DNA from: Candidatus Poribacteria bacterium
Lineage (GTDB): Bacteria > Poribacteria > WGA-4E > WGA-3G
Assembly: GCA_964291315.2 (NCBI GenBank)
Contig: OZ219753.1
Span: 2,752,001 to 2,816,000, forward strand
Length of the DNA: 64,000 nucleotides
Direction: 5' to 3'
The notes beneath the pieces are model-generated. The model was not told the origin of the DNA and did no database searches. It saw only the letters and a program-made list of their open reading frames with translations. The position numbers and the translations under genes were made by a program. Of this stretch, positions 49,912 through 59,463 are shown piece by piece (position 1 is the stretch's first letter; every line of letters starts with the position of its first letter).

Positions 49912-51249
49912 TCAGATCGACAGTTGAATGTTAAATTCGTTTTTTCCTGGTTGCAATGTGAGGCGGAGAAAAAGGAGGTGTTCGCCGATCCATTTGACAT
50001 CATCAGCGTTGGACTCTGTCAATTGCAAACCGTGGTGGTTGCCCCATATTGTTACGCCGTAAGGCATTGTGCTCGTTGATTCTACGGTGATAGCGATGTG
50101 TAGTTTTGTCCGGTGTCGCGTCGGTGAAAAGTCGATGAGTACTGGGTTTTGTGTAACGGCGTGCGTTGTCCGTTCGCCAGTATAATTTTTGATTTCAACG
50201 GGTTCCATGGTTCCTTCGACAAAGGTTAATTCGCAGTCTGCGTCGTAATAGAGCATTCTTAGCGCCGACTCTGGATCGTCAGTTTCGTGTTGTGCAGGCG
50301 TTGCCGGTTTTACAATAGCTGTTGGTTCGGTTCGCTTGCAATGTGCTATATAATCATCAACTATTTCAGAGAGCAATCGTGGTTTTGTAGTCTGATTAGC
50401 CACGACGTGAGCGAAGTATGCGTCCAATCGTTCTAGTCCGTCTTGCCCGAGTTGTGAGACGGTAAGGGGGTTCATGTGTTCCACGTAGCCGAGCCAGTTG
50501 TTCCATGGGGTGCTTTCTAGATAGATGTTGTAATGTTGTATGGCTGTTTCGTTTAAAAGCAGTGCGCGAAGATTATGAATGTCTTCGGCGAGATGTCTGG
50601 CGGTATAATAGGGCATGCCGACTATCTTCTTAAATGGGGCTGCGAGGTTTTCATGAGTATCAGTTTGGGTTAGGAAGGTATCGATATGTGTTGGATTTTC
50701 AAGCGGATAGAAGCATCCGAAGCCGCCTCTGTCGGTTTCCGTGGTGGATGCTTGAGTATCTGCGTGGGTATCTTCCTGTTTCCAGTGATAGCCCCAAACG
50801 CCTCGGAATGGTGTTTGTTCAAGTGCTTGGAGGAGAACATCATTTTTGAATGTTGCTCCTACGACGTTGGGTTCTGCCCAAGGGAGGATTCGCTTGAATC
50901 GCTCCCATTCTGTGTTGATATATTGTGGCAATCGTTCTCGCATTGTAACGAGATGTGATGCCATAGCTTCTGTGCTATTCGCGTGGTTAGCGGTTTGTTC
51001 TGCTTTCCAATTCGCGTCCCAGATTGGTTTAGTATCGAGCATGAGCAAAGGGGCATCGTTCCTATAATATTCGAAATCTGTGTGCCATGTTGTGAGCACC
51101 CTAGCGATGGATCGGGCGGACTTGGTGTCTGTTGCCCATGTTACCGGTATGTGGTGCTTGTGTGCGATTTCTGCAAGCGTCTGGACGCCTTGGAGCAGTT
51201 GTTTTCGGTCTTCGCCTATTGCTGTGCTTACCAATCCATAATTCAACAT
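49912..51249 (-). CDS. Hypothetical protein (445 aa)
   Basis: Long ORF co-oriented with neighbours; HHIPVTWA motif loosely resembles deacetylase/GH barrels. Confidence 0.65.
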   Translation of the reverse strand: MLNYGLVSTAIGEDRKQLLQGVQTLAEIAHKHHIPVTWATDTKSARSIARVLTTWHTDFEYYRNDAPLLMLDTKPIWDANWKAEQTANHANSTEAMASHLVTMRERLPQYINTEWERFKRILPWAEPNVVGATFKNDVLLQALEQTPFRGVWGYHWKQEDTHADTQASTTETDRGGFGCFYPLENPTHIDTFLTQTDTHENLAAPFKKIVGMPYYTARHLAEDIHNLRALLLNETAIQHYNIYLESTPWNNWLGYVEHMNPLTVSQLGQDGLERLDAYFAHVVANQTTKPRLLSEIVDDYIAHCKRTEPTAIVKPATPAQHETDDPESALRMLYYDADCELTFVEGTMEPVEIKNYTGERTTHAVTQNPVLIDFSPTRHRTKLHIAITVESTSTMPYGVTIWGNHHGLQLTESNADDVKWIGEHLLFLRLTLQPGKNEFNIQLSI

Positions 51250-51331
51250 ATCTGTGAACAGTCATCAGCAGTCGGCAGTGAGTTAAGAGGCGTTTAATGA
51301 CATTAGAGATACCTTCACTGTTTGGTAATCT

Positions 51332-52051
51332 CTAGGATTCTAAAAAGACGGTAACGCCGAGGTCAGCGTATTTTTGACGGGTGCCGGGGTTGCCGTTTCT
51401 AAAGCAGACAGCTGTCGTGGTTTCCTCCAGGGCTTTTGCGACGTATTCAACACAAGCGTCTACGGTTTGGAGTGCATGATTCGGGTGGCTCTCAATACTG
51501 AAGGTTAGGTCGGCGGGTCCGAAAGAGAGGCAATCCACGCCGGGTTTCGCGAGGTGTTGAGCGTGTGTGACAGCCTCTATGGATTCGATTTGCATCCAGA
51601 GCATGCCGTTGGTATTCCACCAATTGGCGTATTCAAGTCGTTCTCTTCCTTCAGAATTCACTCGGGCGGTGCCGCCCCAACTTCGGATTCCCTGCTGTGG
51701 GTAGTAGAAAGCAGCGATTGCTTCGTGTACAGTTTCGTCTAACTCAACCTGTGGCACTTCAATGCCAGAGGGGCCTAAGTCAAGATAGTTACCTATGAGA
51801 TATGCGTTCCGGGTATGCTTAATTCGAAAGTTGACGGGGATTCCGAGTTCGTTCGCCATATTACAGAAGGCGACGAGGCGATCCTCGTTGTACGCGGAAT
51901 GCTGACTATCTACGGAGACAAAATCATAGCCGCCGTTTTCGACTTTAGCGACGAGTGCTTCGGCTGTTGTTGCCATAGACACATTAGCCCCATAGACGTG
52001 TTTTCTGTTATGAATTCGCTGTTTTAAATTTGATGCTGACATTGTCGTCAT
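51332..52051 (-). CDS. HpcH/HpaI aldolase/citrate lyase family protein
   Basis: DFVSVDSQHS, LDLGPSGIEVPQV, MQIES, FGPADL. Confidence 0.88.
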   Translation of the reverse strand: MTTMSASNLKQRIHNRKHVYGANVSMATTAEALVAKVENGGYDFVSVDSQHSAYNEDRLVAFCNMANELGIPVNFRIKHTRNAYLIGNYLDLGPSGIEVPQVELDETVHEAIAAFYYPQQGIRSWGGTARVNSEGRERLEYANWWNTNGMLWMQIESIEAVTHAQHLAKPGVDCLSFGPADLTFSIESHPNHALQTVDACVEYVAKALEETTTAVCFRNGNPGTRQKYADLGVTVFLES

Positions 52052-52186
52052 CCCTTGCTTTTTTACTACAGTCTGTGAGCCAAAATTGGGTGTGAAATAT
52101 TGCCTGTGACACTTTTCTATGCTTCCGTTTTTCCATAATCTGAATTGAGGCAGACATTATACATCCAATTTAAATTTAGTATTATA

Positions 52187-52215
52187 ATTATACTCTAAAA
52201 ACGCTTTTCTGTCAA
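52187..52215 (-). promoter_or_regulatory. Consensus sigma70 promoter for the aldolase
   Basis: Minus strand TTGACA-N17-TATAAT. Confidence 0.75.
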
Positions 52216-52392
52216 TGGATTTGTGTTTGGCATTAGGCATACTTAGTTTTCGGCTTTTTTGTTTATTTTCATCGGAAAATCACGGGTGGAAGATTGTTCG
52301 TACAAGCTGCGGAATCTGTCCAATAGCGAGGGAAATTCGTTCTACAAATGGCTATCCGCTGCCAATGATCCTGTGTGTAGAACGTTAGTGTA

Positions 52393-52421
52393 TTGACAAG
52401 AGAGAATTTTCGGGGTATGAT
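52393..52421 (+). promoter_or_regulatory. Sigma70 promoter for archease
   Basis: TTGACA-N17-TATGAT. Confidence 0.7.
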
Positions 52422-52459
52422 ATTTGTGGCATGGGAAATCTGAAACGTTGGAGTGTTGC

Positions 52460-52879
52460 ATGAAACCTTATGAATACCTTGAACATACGGCTGATATGGG
52501 GCTTTTGGTTCGGGGTAAAAGTCTGTCAGAACTTTTGAGGAACGCGGCGCAAGGGCTCTTTGAGACGATAGCGGTGGTGGATACGGTTGATGAGACAGAC
52601 GCAATCGAGATTCAGCTCAGAGCTCCATCTGTGGAGGAGCTATTTGTGGCGTGGCTTGATGAGCTCATTTTTCGGCACGAGACAGAGGAGGTCTTTTTCT
52701 GTCGTGCGGAGATTCGCCGATGTAGTGAAACGGAGATGTGCGCAGTGGTCTATGGTGAATCTGCGAATTTTGAGAAACACGAAGTGTATACCGAGATCAA
52801 GAGCGTCACCTATCATCAATTGAAAGTTCAAGAAAAAGAGAATGGTAGTTGGTATGCGCAAGTAATTTTTGATCTCTGA
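52460..52879 (+). CDS. Archease
   Basis: YEYLEHTAD, WLDELIF, EIKSVTYHQL, C-terminal IFDL. Confidence 0.93.
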   Translation: MKPYEYLEHTADMGLLVRGKSLSELLRNAAQGLFETIAVVDTVDETDAIEIQLRAPSVEELFVAWLDELIFRHETEEVFFCRAEIRRCSETEMCAVVYGESANFEKHEVYTEIKSVTYHQLKVQEKENGSWYAQVIFDL

Positions 52880-52888
52880 TAGGCGGCT

Positions 52889-54811
52889 TTAGGGGTAGAA
52901 TTGATACATGGTGGTATTCAAAAGGATGTTCAGCAGGCTCCACGTGCTCCCTAACAGGTAATCGCCGAGGACTAACCCTAGGAAGAATGGGATTGCTCGT
53001 CGATAGCTCTGGATCCCGCCGTGTCGGAGGATGAGCCACTTCAATGTCAATGCAATCAATAGCGGGATCCAGAGATCGGACATCTCTTGGTTACTTGCCA
53101 TGACATATCCGAGTGGATGCAGGGGCAGCCAGAAGAATTTTATGCGTAGATAGGTTAGGATCATCATGACAGAAAAGCCGACTCCGATGAATGTTACGCC
53201 GATCCAGTCGGTGCTAAGGGGATAAGTGATCCAGTTGGTCAATCGCCCGAAGTATTCTCTGCCGTAGCCGAGTGCCCAAGGTCCAAAGTAGCCGGAATCT
53301 GCTCCAAATTGATAGTAGAGATGGAGTTGGACCCAGAAGGCGACGAGCCCGCCCAAAATAGTAGCGATGATGATTGTGAGTAGCATTTGACGTTGGTTAA
53401 TACGGGCGAGTTCGGCGATTTTAAACGCCTCCAATTGATGTGGCATCTGCTGTGGCCGGTAATCTCGGTTGAAAAAGCAGACCGAAAGTGCTGTTAAGTT
53501 TTGTGCCCCGAGGCGGTGTGTTCCGAGAATTGTGTTCAAGATGTATCGAGGGGCTTGCCAGTGATAGGCATGAACAAATATGCCGGATTCTGCCCGGATT
53601 CGTGTTGTCACCAAAGGTGTTATGAGAAATAGAATTGCGAAGGTAAGCGCAAGCCAGGGGGCCATTCCCGCCTTATAAAGTAAAAAAGCAAATAGCAAAA
53701 TACCGAAAACAAAACCGCACACAGCTACCCGATACGGCATCGGTTCATTCGTTTCTTCTAGATCAGGTGCAGGTCCACGGGAAGGTAGCGCGCTTCTCAA
53801 AATGTTGGCGAAATGACGTTTCCCGATCCAACCGAAGAAAACACAGAGTCCGGCAAAAGCCCCGATGGTCTGCTCATTTAGATACGGGAAATGAGGAATG
53901 CTACTCCATCCGACTGTTTTTGCTAAAGCGACCTCGTTACGATAGAGGAAGTAGAACAACGTTGTTGAAAAGAGAACATCCAACGGCATAAGGAACATAA
54001 TTCCGATAGCAAAGGGATAGAAGGCGGTGGTGATGGTACCGTAAAGACTGAAAGGGGGTTCATGAAACGTGAAAAAGCGGCGTGTTACGGGGATATGTGG
54101 AATGACGGGATAGAGATGACTTAACCCGTTGACAAGGCTGATGCCAGCGGCGATTGTAAAACCGACCCACATTCGTTTATTTCGGAAGAAACCCGAGGTG
54201 GGATTCGTCATTGCCAACGAAAGTTGGATAATCGGGAAGGTAAGACGTTCACGTTGTGTCCACTGCCGCCGGAGAATGGTGTTGAGGCAGAGGAAGATGA
54301 AGGCTATGACCGTAAATAGTAATAACCAAGCGCCAACCACGGGTACCCAAATTTGTAAGTGATGTGGGCGATACAAGCTGGATTCGCCAAGATAGTAGCC
54401 CCGGAGTGCATCTCTGTCTGAAACGGTGAGCCATTGCGGGAGGTGATGCCAAAATAGGGTGCGCCACTCATTTTCGTCTGTTGCGAACCAGAAACTATGT
54501 CCAATTACAGAGAGGACTGCTTGTAAGACATCACATCCGGCAAGTGTTGTGGCAAAGCTGAGGCTTACATAGAGAAGTAAGAGCTCGCCTTGGCCGAGGG
54601 CGAAACTACTCCTTAGGAGCCGGATGACCTCGTTGATCAATATCACCGCAATTAGGATGAAAATGACATTGGACAGCGGAACAACCCATGTCGGAAACGT
54701 ATAGCGCACTATTTCCATCTGAATGAGGAAATAGCAGTTAATGGGCGCGCTAACGGCAAAAATACACAAGACGCGCCAAGTCAAGGCACGTTGTTGCGGA
54801 GAAGGAGTCAA
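52889..54811 (-). CDS. DUF6785/DUF6784-type polytopic membrane protein (paralog of 27378-29354)
   Basis: GELLLLY, RRQWTQRERLTFPI, RIRAESG, WLPLHPLG, PFFLGLVLGD. Confidence 0.75.
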   Translation of the reverse strand: MTPSPQQRALTWRVLCIFAVSAPINCYFLIQMEIVRYTFPTWVVPLSNVIFILIAVILINEVIRLLRSSFALGQGELLLLYVSLSFATTLAGCDVLQAVLSVIGHSFWFATDENEWRTLFWHHLPQWLTVSDRDALRGYYLGESSLYRPHHLQIWVPVVGAWLLLFTVIAFIFLCLNTILRRQWTQRERLTFPIIQLSLAMTNPTSGFFRNKRMWVGFTIAAGISLVNGLSHLYPVIPHIPVTRRFFTFHEPPFSLYGTITTAFYPFAIGIMFLMPLDVLFSTTLFYFLYRNEVALAKTVGWSSIPHFPYLNEQTIGAFAGLCVFFGWIGKRHFANILRSALPSRGPAPDLEETNEPMPYRVAVCGFVFGILLFAFLLYKAGMAPWLALTFAILFLITPLVTTRIRAESGIFVHAYHWQAPRYILNTILGTHRLGAQNLTALSVCFFNRDYRPQQMPHQLEAFKIAELARINQRQMLLTIIIATILGGLVAFWVQLHLYYQFGADSGYFGPWALGYGREYFGRLTNWITYPLSTDWIGVTFIGVGFSVMMILTYLRIKFFWLPLHPLGYVMASNQEMSDLWIPLLIALTLKWLILRHGGIQSYRRAIPFFLGLVLGDYLLGSTWSLLNILLNTTMYQFYP

Positions 54812-54877
54812 ACTAGGTTTCCTCGATTAGTGTAGATTTGCAATGATCAGACCAGTGCCTTGTGTTGCGCTAACTCT

Positions 54878-56149
54878 TTACCACTGCCCATGCACTGGTG
54901 TCTCGCGTGCTTTCTCGAAGAGGTCTGCCCATTCGTCAGTGCCGTCGTCAAAGGTTAATTCAAGGCGTGCCCCATCTACTTGTGCCTCGCCGTTGCCGGC
55001 GTTGAAATAACTCAGTGCATCACCGGCCATGTGGATACAGCTGCCGTCAGGATAGACAGCGGTTTTGATAATGCGTGGCACCGGGTGAATTGTGTAACCG
55101 TCAGCATCTAATTTATCAAGGGGTACGCGGAAACGTTCAACTGCGTCTTCGTTGACTTCAACACCTAATCCGGGGGCATCAGGAACCTGATGGCACCCGT
55201 CTGAAACCTGTATGGGTTGCGTGAGTAGATGGTCACTGTAGAGATTAATGCAAGTGATTGCGGGCCATGTGGCGTGCGTAAGTACACTGCCGAGATGTCC
55301 TGCCCAGGTGGTTGTTAATCCGTTGCCGACGATTTGGAGCCAAAACGGCATATCGGCTGCGGCGCTGAGTTGTGCTTCATGCATTACTTGTGACTTACCG
55401 CCGCCGATGACAAAACCGGTGCACACATCCTCACGGATACAAGTGGTATAGGGAGGCGAGCCGAAGTGCATTGCTATTTGACAGTCGACTGTCTGGCGGA
55501 TCTGTCTGTTTCCATCAACATCGTTCTGTGGAATGGGGGTCTCAAACATCGCTACGTTTGGGTGTGCGGCGAGTTTCTGTAAGATCGGAATAGCAGTTTC
55601 TGCGTCGCGCAAGGAGCTGTTTGGGTCGAGATCCAGTTTGAAATCTGATGGAACGACTTTTGCGACAGCCTCTACCTGGGCGATGATATCCCACCATGGG
55701 CGCGGCTTATTTTTGAAACTAGTATACCCGTTTTTCACAGCATCTGCGGCTTCCGCTGCCCAGTTTTCGGGGGAAGAATCAATACACCACCATGAGATTG
55801 GCACTGCCTGACGACAGGGGTTGCTGATGAGTTGGTGGACGGGTACTTCTAAAATTTTGCCAACGACATCAAAGAGTGCCATCTGCAGGCCAGCACCCAG
55901 TGAATCATCATTCATGAGTGCTGCGGGGCTCTGTCCAAGGACTCGTTTGATGCTGGCATCGCTAACACGAGAATAGGTATAGTGAACGACGGTCTCGCCC
56001 CAACCGACATGCCCCGTGTCGGTGGTAACCTTACAGAGTTCAAGGATCGACCAGTTGTAAACGGTTGATACGCTTTGGGCGGTAATGTGTTGTTGTCGCG
56101 GTGTGAACGGGACATCTACGAGTAGGCGTTCAACATTTGTGACTTTCAT
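54878..56149 (-). CDS. Mandelate racemase/muconate lactonizing (enolase superfamily) enzyme
   Basis: GWGET, MALFDVVGK, FKNK, LDPN, FETP, VPDAPGLGVEVNE. Confidence 0.88.
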   Translation of the reverse strand: MKVTNVERLLVDVPFTPRQQHITAQSVSTVYNWSILELCKVTTDTGHVGWGETVVHYTYSRVSDASIKRVLGQSPAALMNDDSLGAGLQMALFDVVGKILEVPVHQLISNPCRQAVPISWWCIDSSPENWAAEAADAVKNGYTSFKNKPRPWWDIIAQVEAVAKVVPSDFKLDLDPNSSLRDAETAIPILQKLAAHPNVAMFETPIPQNDVDGNRQIRQTVDCQIAMHFGSPPYTTCIREDVCTGFVIGGGKSQVMHEAQLSAAADMPFWLQIVGNGLTTTWAGHLGSVLTHATWPAITCINLYSDHLLTQPIQVSDGCHQVPDAPGLGVEVNEDAVERFRVPLDKLDADGYTIHPVPRIIKTAVYPDGSCIHMAGDALSYFNAGNGEAQVDGARLELTFDDGTDEWADLFEKARETPVHGQW

Positions 56150-56214
56150 GGGCGGGCTCCTTAAGTATGAATGAAAGGAACAGCGTATGTGCCCTGGCAC
56201 ATCGCTGATAGAAA

Positions 56215-56257
56215 GAAAAAGGGCGAGAGGAACTGTTGAGATTATCCGCCTCGCCCT
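56215..56257 (-). terminator. Intrinsic terminator
   Basis: Minus strand AGGGCGAG...CTCGCCCT followed by a T run. Confidence 0.6.
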
Positions 56258-56266
56258 ATTAAGAGA

Positions 56267-57094
56267 TTAATACGAGGCTTTAACCGCGCTCCAAGTGGTG
56301 GCGAGTTTATCTTTAGCATCGACATTAAACCCGTTTGCGGTTGTGACGAGAATGCTATCGATTCTGCCCATTCCCCAGCTTTCGTGCCAGACGCCGACGC
56401 TACCGGCACTCGTGTTAGTGGCCTCGTTAAATTCAAGAGTAGGCTCGCCAAGTTCGCTAGAAGGGCCGAAAAGGTCTTTGACTTCCTCAAGTTTCATGTA
56501 CCAGATTTTGACGTTTTTGCCTTTAACTTCGACGCGCCCGAGATAGGGGACAGCGTGGGTCTGGTCGAGTCCGCCTCCTAGGCCGTGTGGTGCGCTGTCT
56601 AGTTCTTTGCCCCCGTTTTCACATCCACATTGGTCGAGACATTGTGCGGTTGGGCAACAGCCATCTGCCAGGCTCATGATAAGAACGAGCGGGGTCTCAT
56701 TATATCCGTAGACAACGAGATACCCTTTATCGTCGCCTTTCCTGCGGAACTGCACACCGAAGCTATCATCATCGCCAAAGGAGAAGACTACTTGTATAAT
56801 ACCGTCAGTGAAGTCCGTTACTTCTGGTAGTTCTGTGTTCCCGGAGATGCCGCATCCCTCGGCGGTTTGTGCCATTGCTGTGTTGCCGCCGATTTTGCCG
56901 CCGTTGAATTCGGCTTCAGCCCAGATTGTTCCGGCGTTCTCGGGTTTATACTTTTTGATGTCGTTGACACCCGCGTCGGGGATTGCGTCCTTAGAACCAG
57001 GCTCAAAATCTGCGTAAAACACAACTGCCGCGGTAGCGTGAAACGAAACAGATAGACTCAAAATGAAGGGTAAAAGAAAGAAACGTATTTTCAT
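56267..57094 (-). CDS. Secreted Cys-motif beta-sandwich protein with Poribacteria-type C-terminal motif
   Basis: Signal peptide; FYADFE; GCCPTAQCLDQCGCENGG; ends VDAKDKLATTWSAVKASY. Confidence 0.8.
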   Translation of the reverse strand: MKIRFFLLPFILSLSVSFHATAAVVFYADFEPGSKDAIPDAGVNDIKKYKPENAGTIWAEAEFNGGKIGGNTAMAQTAEGCGISGNTELPEVTDFTDGIIQVVFSFGDDDSFGVQFRRKGDDKGYLVVYGYNETPLVLIMSLADGCCPTAQCLDQCGCENGGKELDSAPHGLGGGLDQTHAVPYLGRVEVKGKNVKIWYMKLEEVKDLFGPSSELGEPTLEFNEATNTSAGSVGVWHESWGMGRIDSILVTTANGFNVDAKDKLATTWSAVKASY

Positions 57095-57271
57095 GAGATA
57101 TATCCTCTTTTTTATCAAGGGTTGTGTTGCTGTTCATTCATAAGTGACAATACAATGACAAGGGTTAGGGTGTTACTTATATTTCCATTAAACAGCGTCT
57201 TGGCCTAAAACTAATGAAGTAGCATTGGGCGGTGCCTGAGGGGCTCATCTAGCAAAGATAAGTAGGACAGC

Positions 57272-57304
57272 GCGGGGTGGCTCTGTTAGAAGCTTTCACC
57301 CCGC
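57272..57304. terminator. Hairpin between the tandem paralogs
   Basis: GCGGGGTG...CACCCCGC. Confidence 0.5.
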
Positions 57305-57349
57305 AAAGTCAGTGGATCTAAAGGTATTAGCTCATATTATGGAAGGTGA

Positions 57350-58174
57350 CTAATAGCTGCTTTTGACATTGCCCCAGGTTGTAGAAAGTTTAGCATGTGG
57401 GTCAACTGCAGTGAGGAGGCCAGGGCCGGTAACGAGGACACTCCCAACTCTGCCGTTGCCCCAACTTTCGTGCCAGATACCGACGGTCCCGGGGCCCATA
57501 TCATCGGCACCGTCCCATTCGATGCTCGGGTCACCGAGTTCATCGGAGTTTACAAAAATATCTGGGACATCGCCAAGTTCCATGTACCAGACCTGAATGA
57601 GGGTGTCAGCGACTTCAACACGGGCAAAATAGGCGACGCTGTTGTCTTGGGAGAGATCGGCCCCTAAACCGTGGTCGACACTAAGTTCTTCATTCCCGCC
57701 GTTTTCGCATGAGCATTGGTCGAGGCATTGCCCGGAAGGACAGCATCCGTCTGAGAGGCTCCCGATAATAATTTGGGATGTTTCGTTATAGCCGAATGCG
57801 ACGAGATACCCGGTATCCTCTCCGACACGGCGGAATTGGAATCCAACGCCGTCATCGTCTTGCCATGAAAAGACTGCTTGGATGATCCCGTTGGAGAAAT
57901 TGTCAACGTCGGGAAGCGGTGTATTACCAGAAACGCCGCAGCCTTCAGCAGTCTGATGTAAGGCGTTGCCACCATCGGGGAATTCGGTGGATTCCGCCCA
58001 AACGGTGCCAGCATTCTCCGGCACCCAGTTTGCGGGGTCGTTGACGCTAGCATCTGGGACGGCCTCAGTGGAACCGGATTCAAAGTCAGCATAGAAAATT
58101 ATTTGCCCACTCGCGTGACTAATTAGCAGAATCGGAAAAAGCGCGAGGAACATCGTAAGGTAGCTTCTTTTCAT
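57350..58174 (-). CDS. Secreted Cys-motif protein, tandem paralog
   Basis: Signal peptide; FYADFE; GCCPSGQCLDQCSCENGG; ends VDPHAKLSTTWGNVKSSY. Confidence 0.8.
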   Translation of the reverse strand: MKRSYLTMFLALFPILLISHASGQIIFYADFESGSTEAVPDASVNDPANWVPENAGTVWAESTEFPDGGNALHQTAEGCGVSGNTPLPDVDNFSNGIIQAVFSWQDDDGVGFQFRRVGEDTGYLVAFGYNETSQIIIGSLSDGCCPSGQCLDQCSCENGGNEELSVDHGLGADLSQDNSVAYFARVEVADTLIQVWYMELGDVPDIFVNSDELGDPSIEWDGADDMGPGTVGIWHESWGNGRVGSVLVTGPGLLTAVDPHAKLSTTWGNVKSSY

Positions 58175-58515
58175 TTTGTTACTCCTTTACTGGTTGATAT
58201 TTCCTAAAAACTTCAGCAGTGTGCCCTAAAGGCGCTTCTGTGTGCTAAGAGCAGACGTTATAAATAGAATGGTTTCTTGGGAAACCGCTATCCAAAATTT
58301 AGCAAAAATGTAAATTTTTGTCAATCAAAAAATATAAAATGGTTTCCAGCTGCCGGATCAAGTCTTTTTCGGATGACTCACCGACGAACGCTGTCCAAGG
58401 GAATTTTAGGCGAAAGGGGCGGACCTGCACAAGAGGTGCTGATAAGTCTACCCCGGCTGGCATTTGATTAATGGAAGGGGGTTCATTATTTTAAGCTGGC
58501 GGCTGCCTGACAGAG

Positions 58516-59292
58516 CTATTTACCCATCGCCTTTAGGGCTTTCAGGCAGCGTTCCACAGCTTCAAGCGGCGGGAAAGCGTCACTTTCGTATTCGACGATA
58601 TACCATTTTGTGCCGCCGGTGGTTTCGCAGACTCGGAAAATCTCACGCCACGGCACGCTATCCTCGCCAATAACGGGCCGGAAACCGGCACCTCTATCCC
58701 CCGCGCCGAGTGATTCTGTGTAAGGTTTGAGATGTACGGTGCCAGCGCGCCCTGGGTATCTCTCCAGAATGTCCACGAGATCTGCGCCCCCGGATAGGGC
58801 ATTGCCCATATCTAGCTGCATGACGACCCCCTCGTTGGTATTAGCAAAAAAGGTGTCCCACGGCATTTCGCCATCAAGTGGTGTAAATTCTACGTGGTGA
58901 TTGTGATAGCCGGTCACCATGTTGTGTAGAGCGAGCTTATCTGCAATTCGGTTGAAAATATCCGCTAACTTCAACCAGTCGGATCGCGATTGACGCAGGT
59001 TGGCTGGAATGCCCGGAACAATGATATAGCGGTTTTCCAAGATGTCGTTGAACGCAATTGTTTCGTCCAGGGTGTCGTCTTGGACGAGATTGAAGGGGGT
59101 GTGCCAACCGCAGCAGACTAAGCCGAACTCGTCTAACAAACGTTTCAACTCTTGTGCTGAATGTTGGGGTGGTCCGGCAAATTCGACGCCTTCGTATCCC
59201 ATTTCTGCGACCGCTTTCAACGTGCCGCGGGTGTCCTCAGCTAGCTCCTCTCGGACAGAAAACAGTTCCAAACCTATTGGTATTCTTGACAT
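58516..59292 (-). CDS. Sugar phosphate isomerase/epimerase (xylose isomerase-like TIM barrel)
   Basis: GYEGVEFAG, YHNHHVEF, QLDMGN, VHLK, IVEYE. Confidence 0.88.
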   Translation of the reverse strand: MSRIPIGLELFSVREELAEDTRGTLKAVAEMGYEGVEFAGPPQHSAQELKRLLDEFGLVCCGWHTPFNLVQDDTLDETIAFNDILENRYIIVPGIPANLRQSRSDWLKLADIFNRIADKLALHNMVTGYHNHHVEFTPLDGEMPWDTFFANTNEGVVMQLDMGNALSGGADLVDILERYPGRAGTVHLKPYTESLGAGDRGAGFRPVIGEDSVPWREIFRVCETTGGTKWYIVEYESDAFPPLEAVERCLKALKAMGK

Positions 59293-59391
59293 AATTTTCC
59301 TTTCAATTTTTCTTTAAGACAGAGAATCCTCTGCCGAGGGGATGCGTTAACCTCTGTAGGCCCCGCTATTTTCATGCCCTGATCGACAGAA

Positions 59392-59443
59392 GGGCGTGAC
59401 GGCCTCAGCCATCACGCCCCGGGGTGTATCTTTCGCTTATCTC
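59392..59443 (-). repeat. Conserved 3' element of the FGE paralog
   Basis: Minus strand GAGATAA..AAAGATACA..GGGCGTGATGGC-TGAG-GCCGTCACGCCC, matching the elements at 19928-20007. Confidence 0.65.
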
Positions 59444-59463
59444 GGGTGCTAATCTATGGAGCG

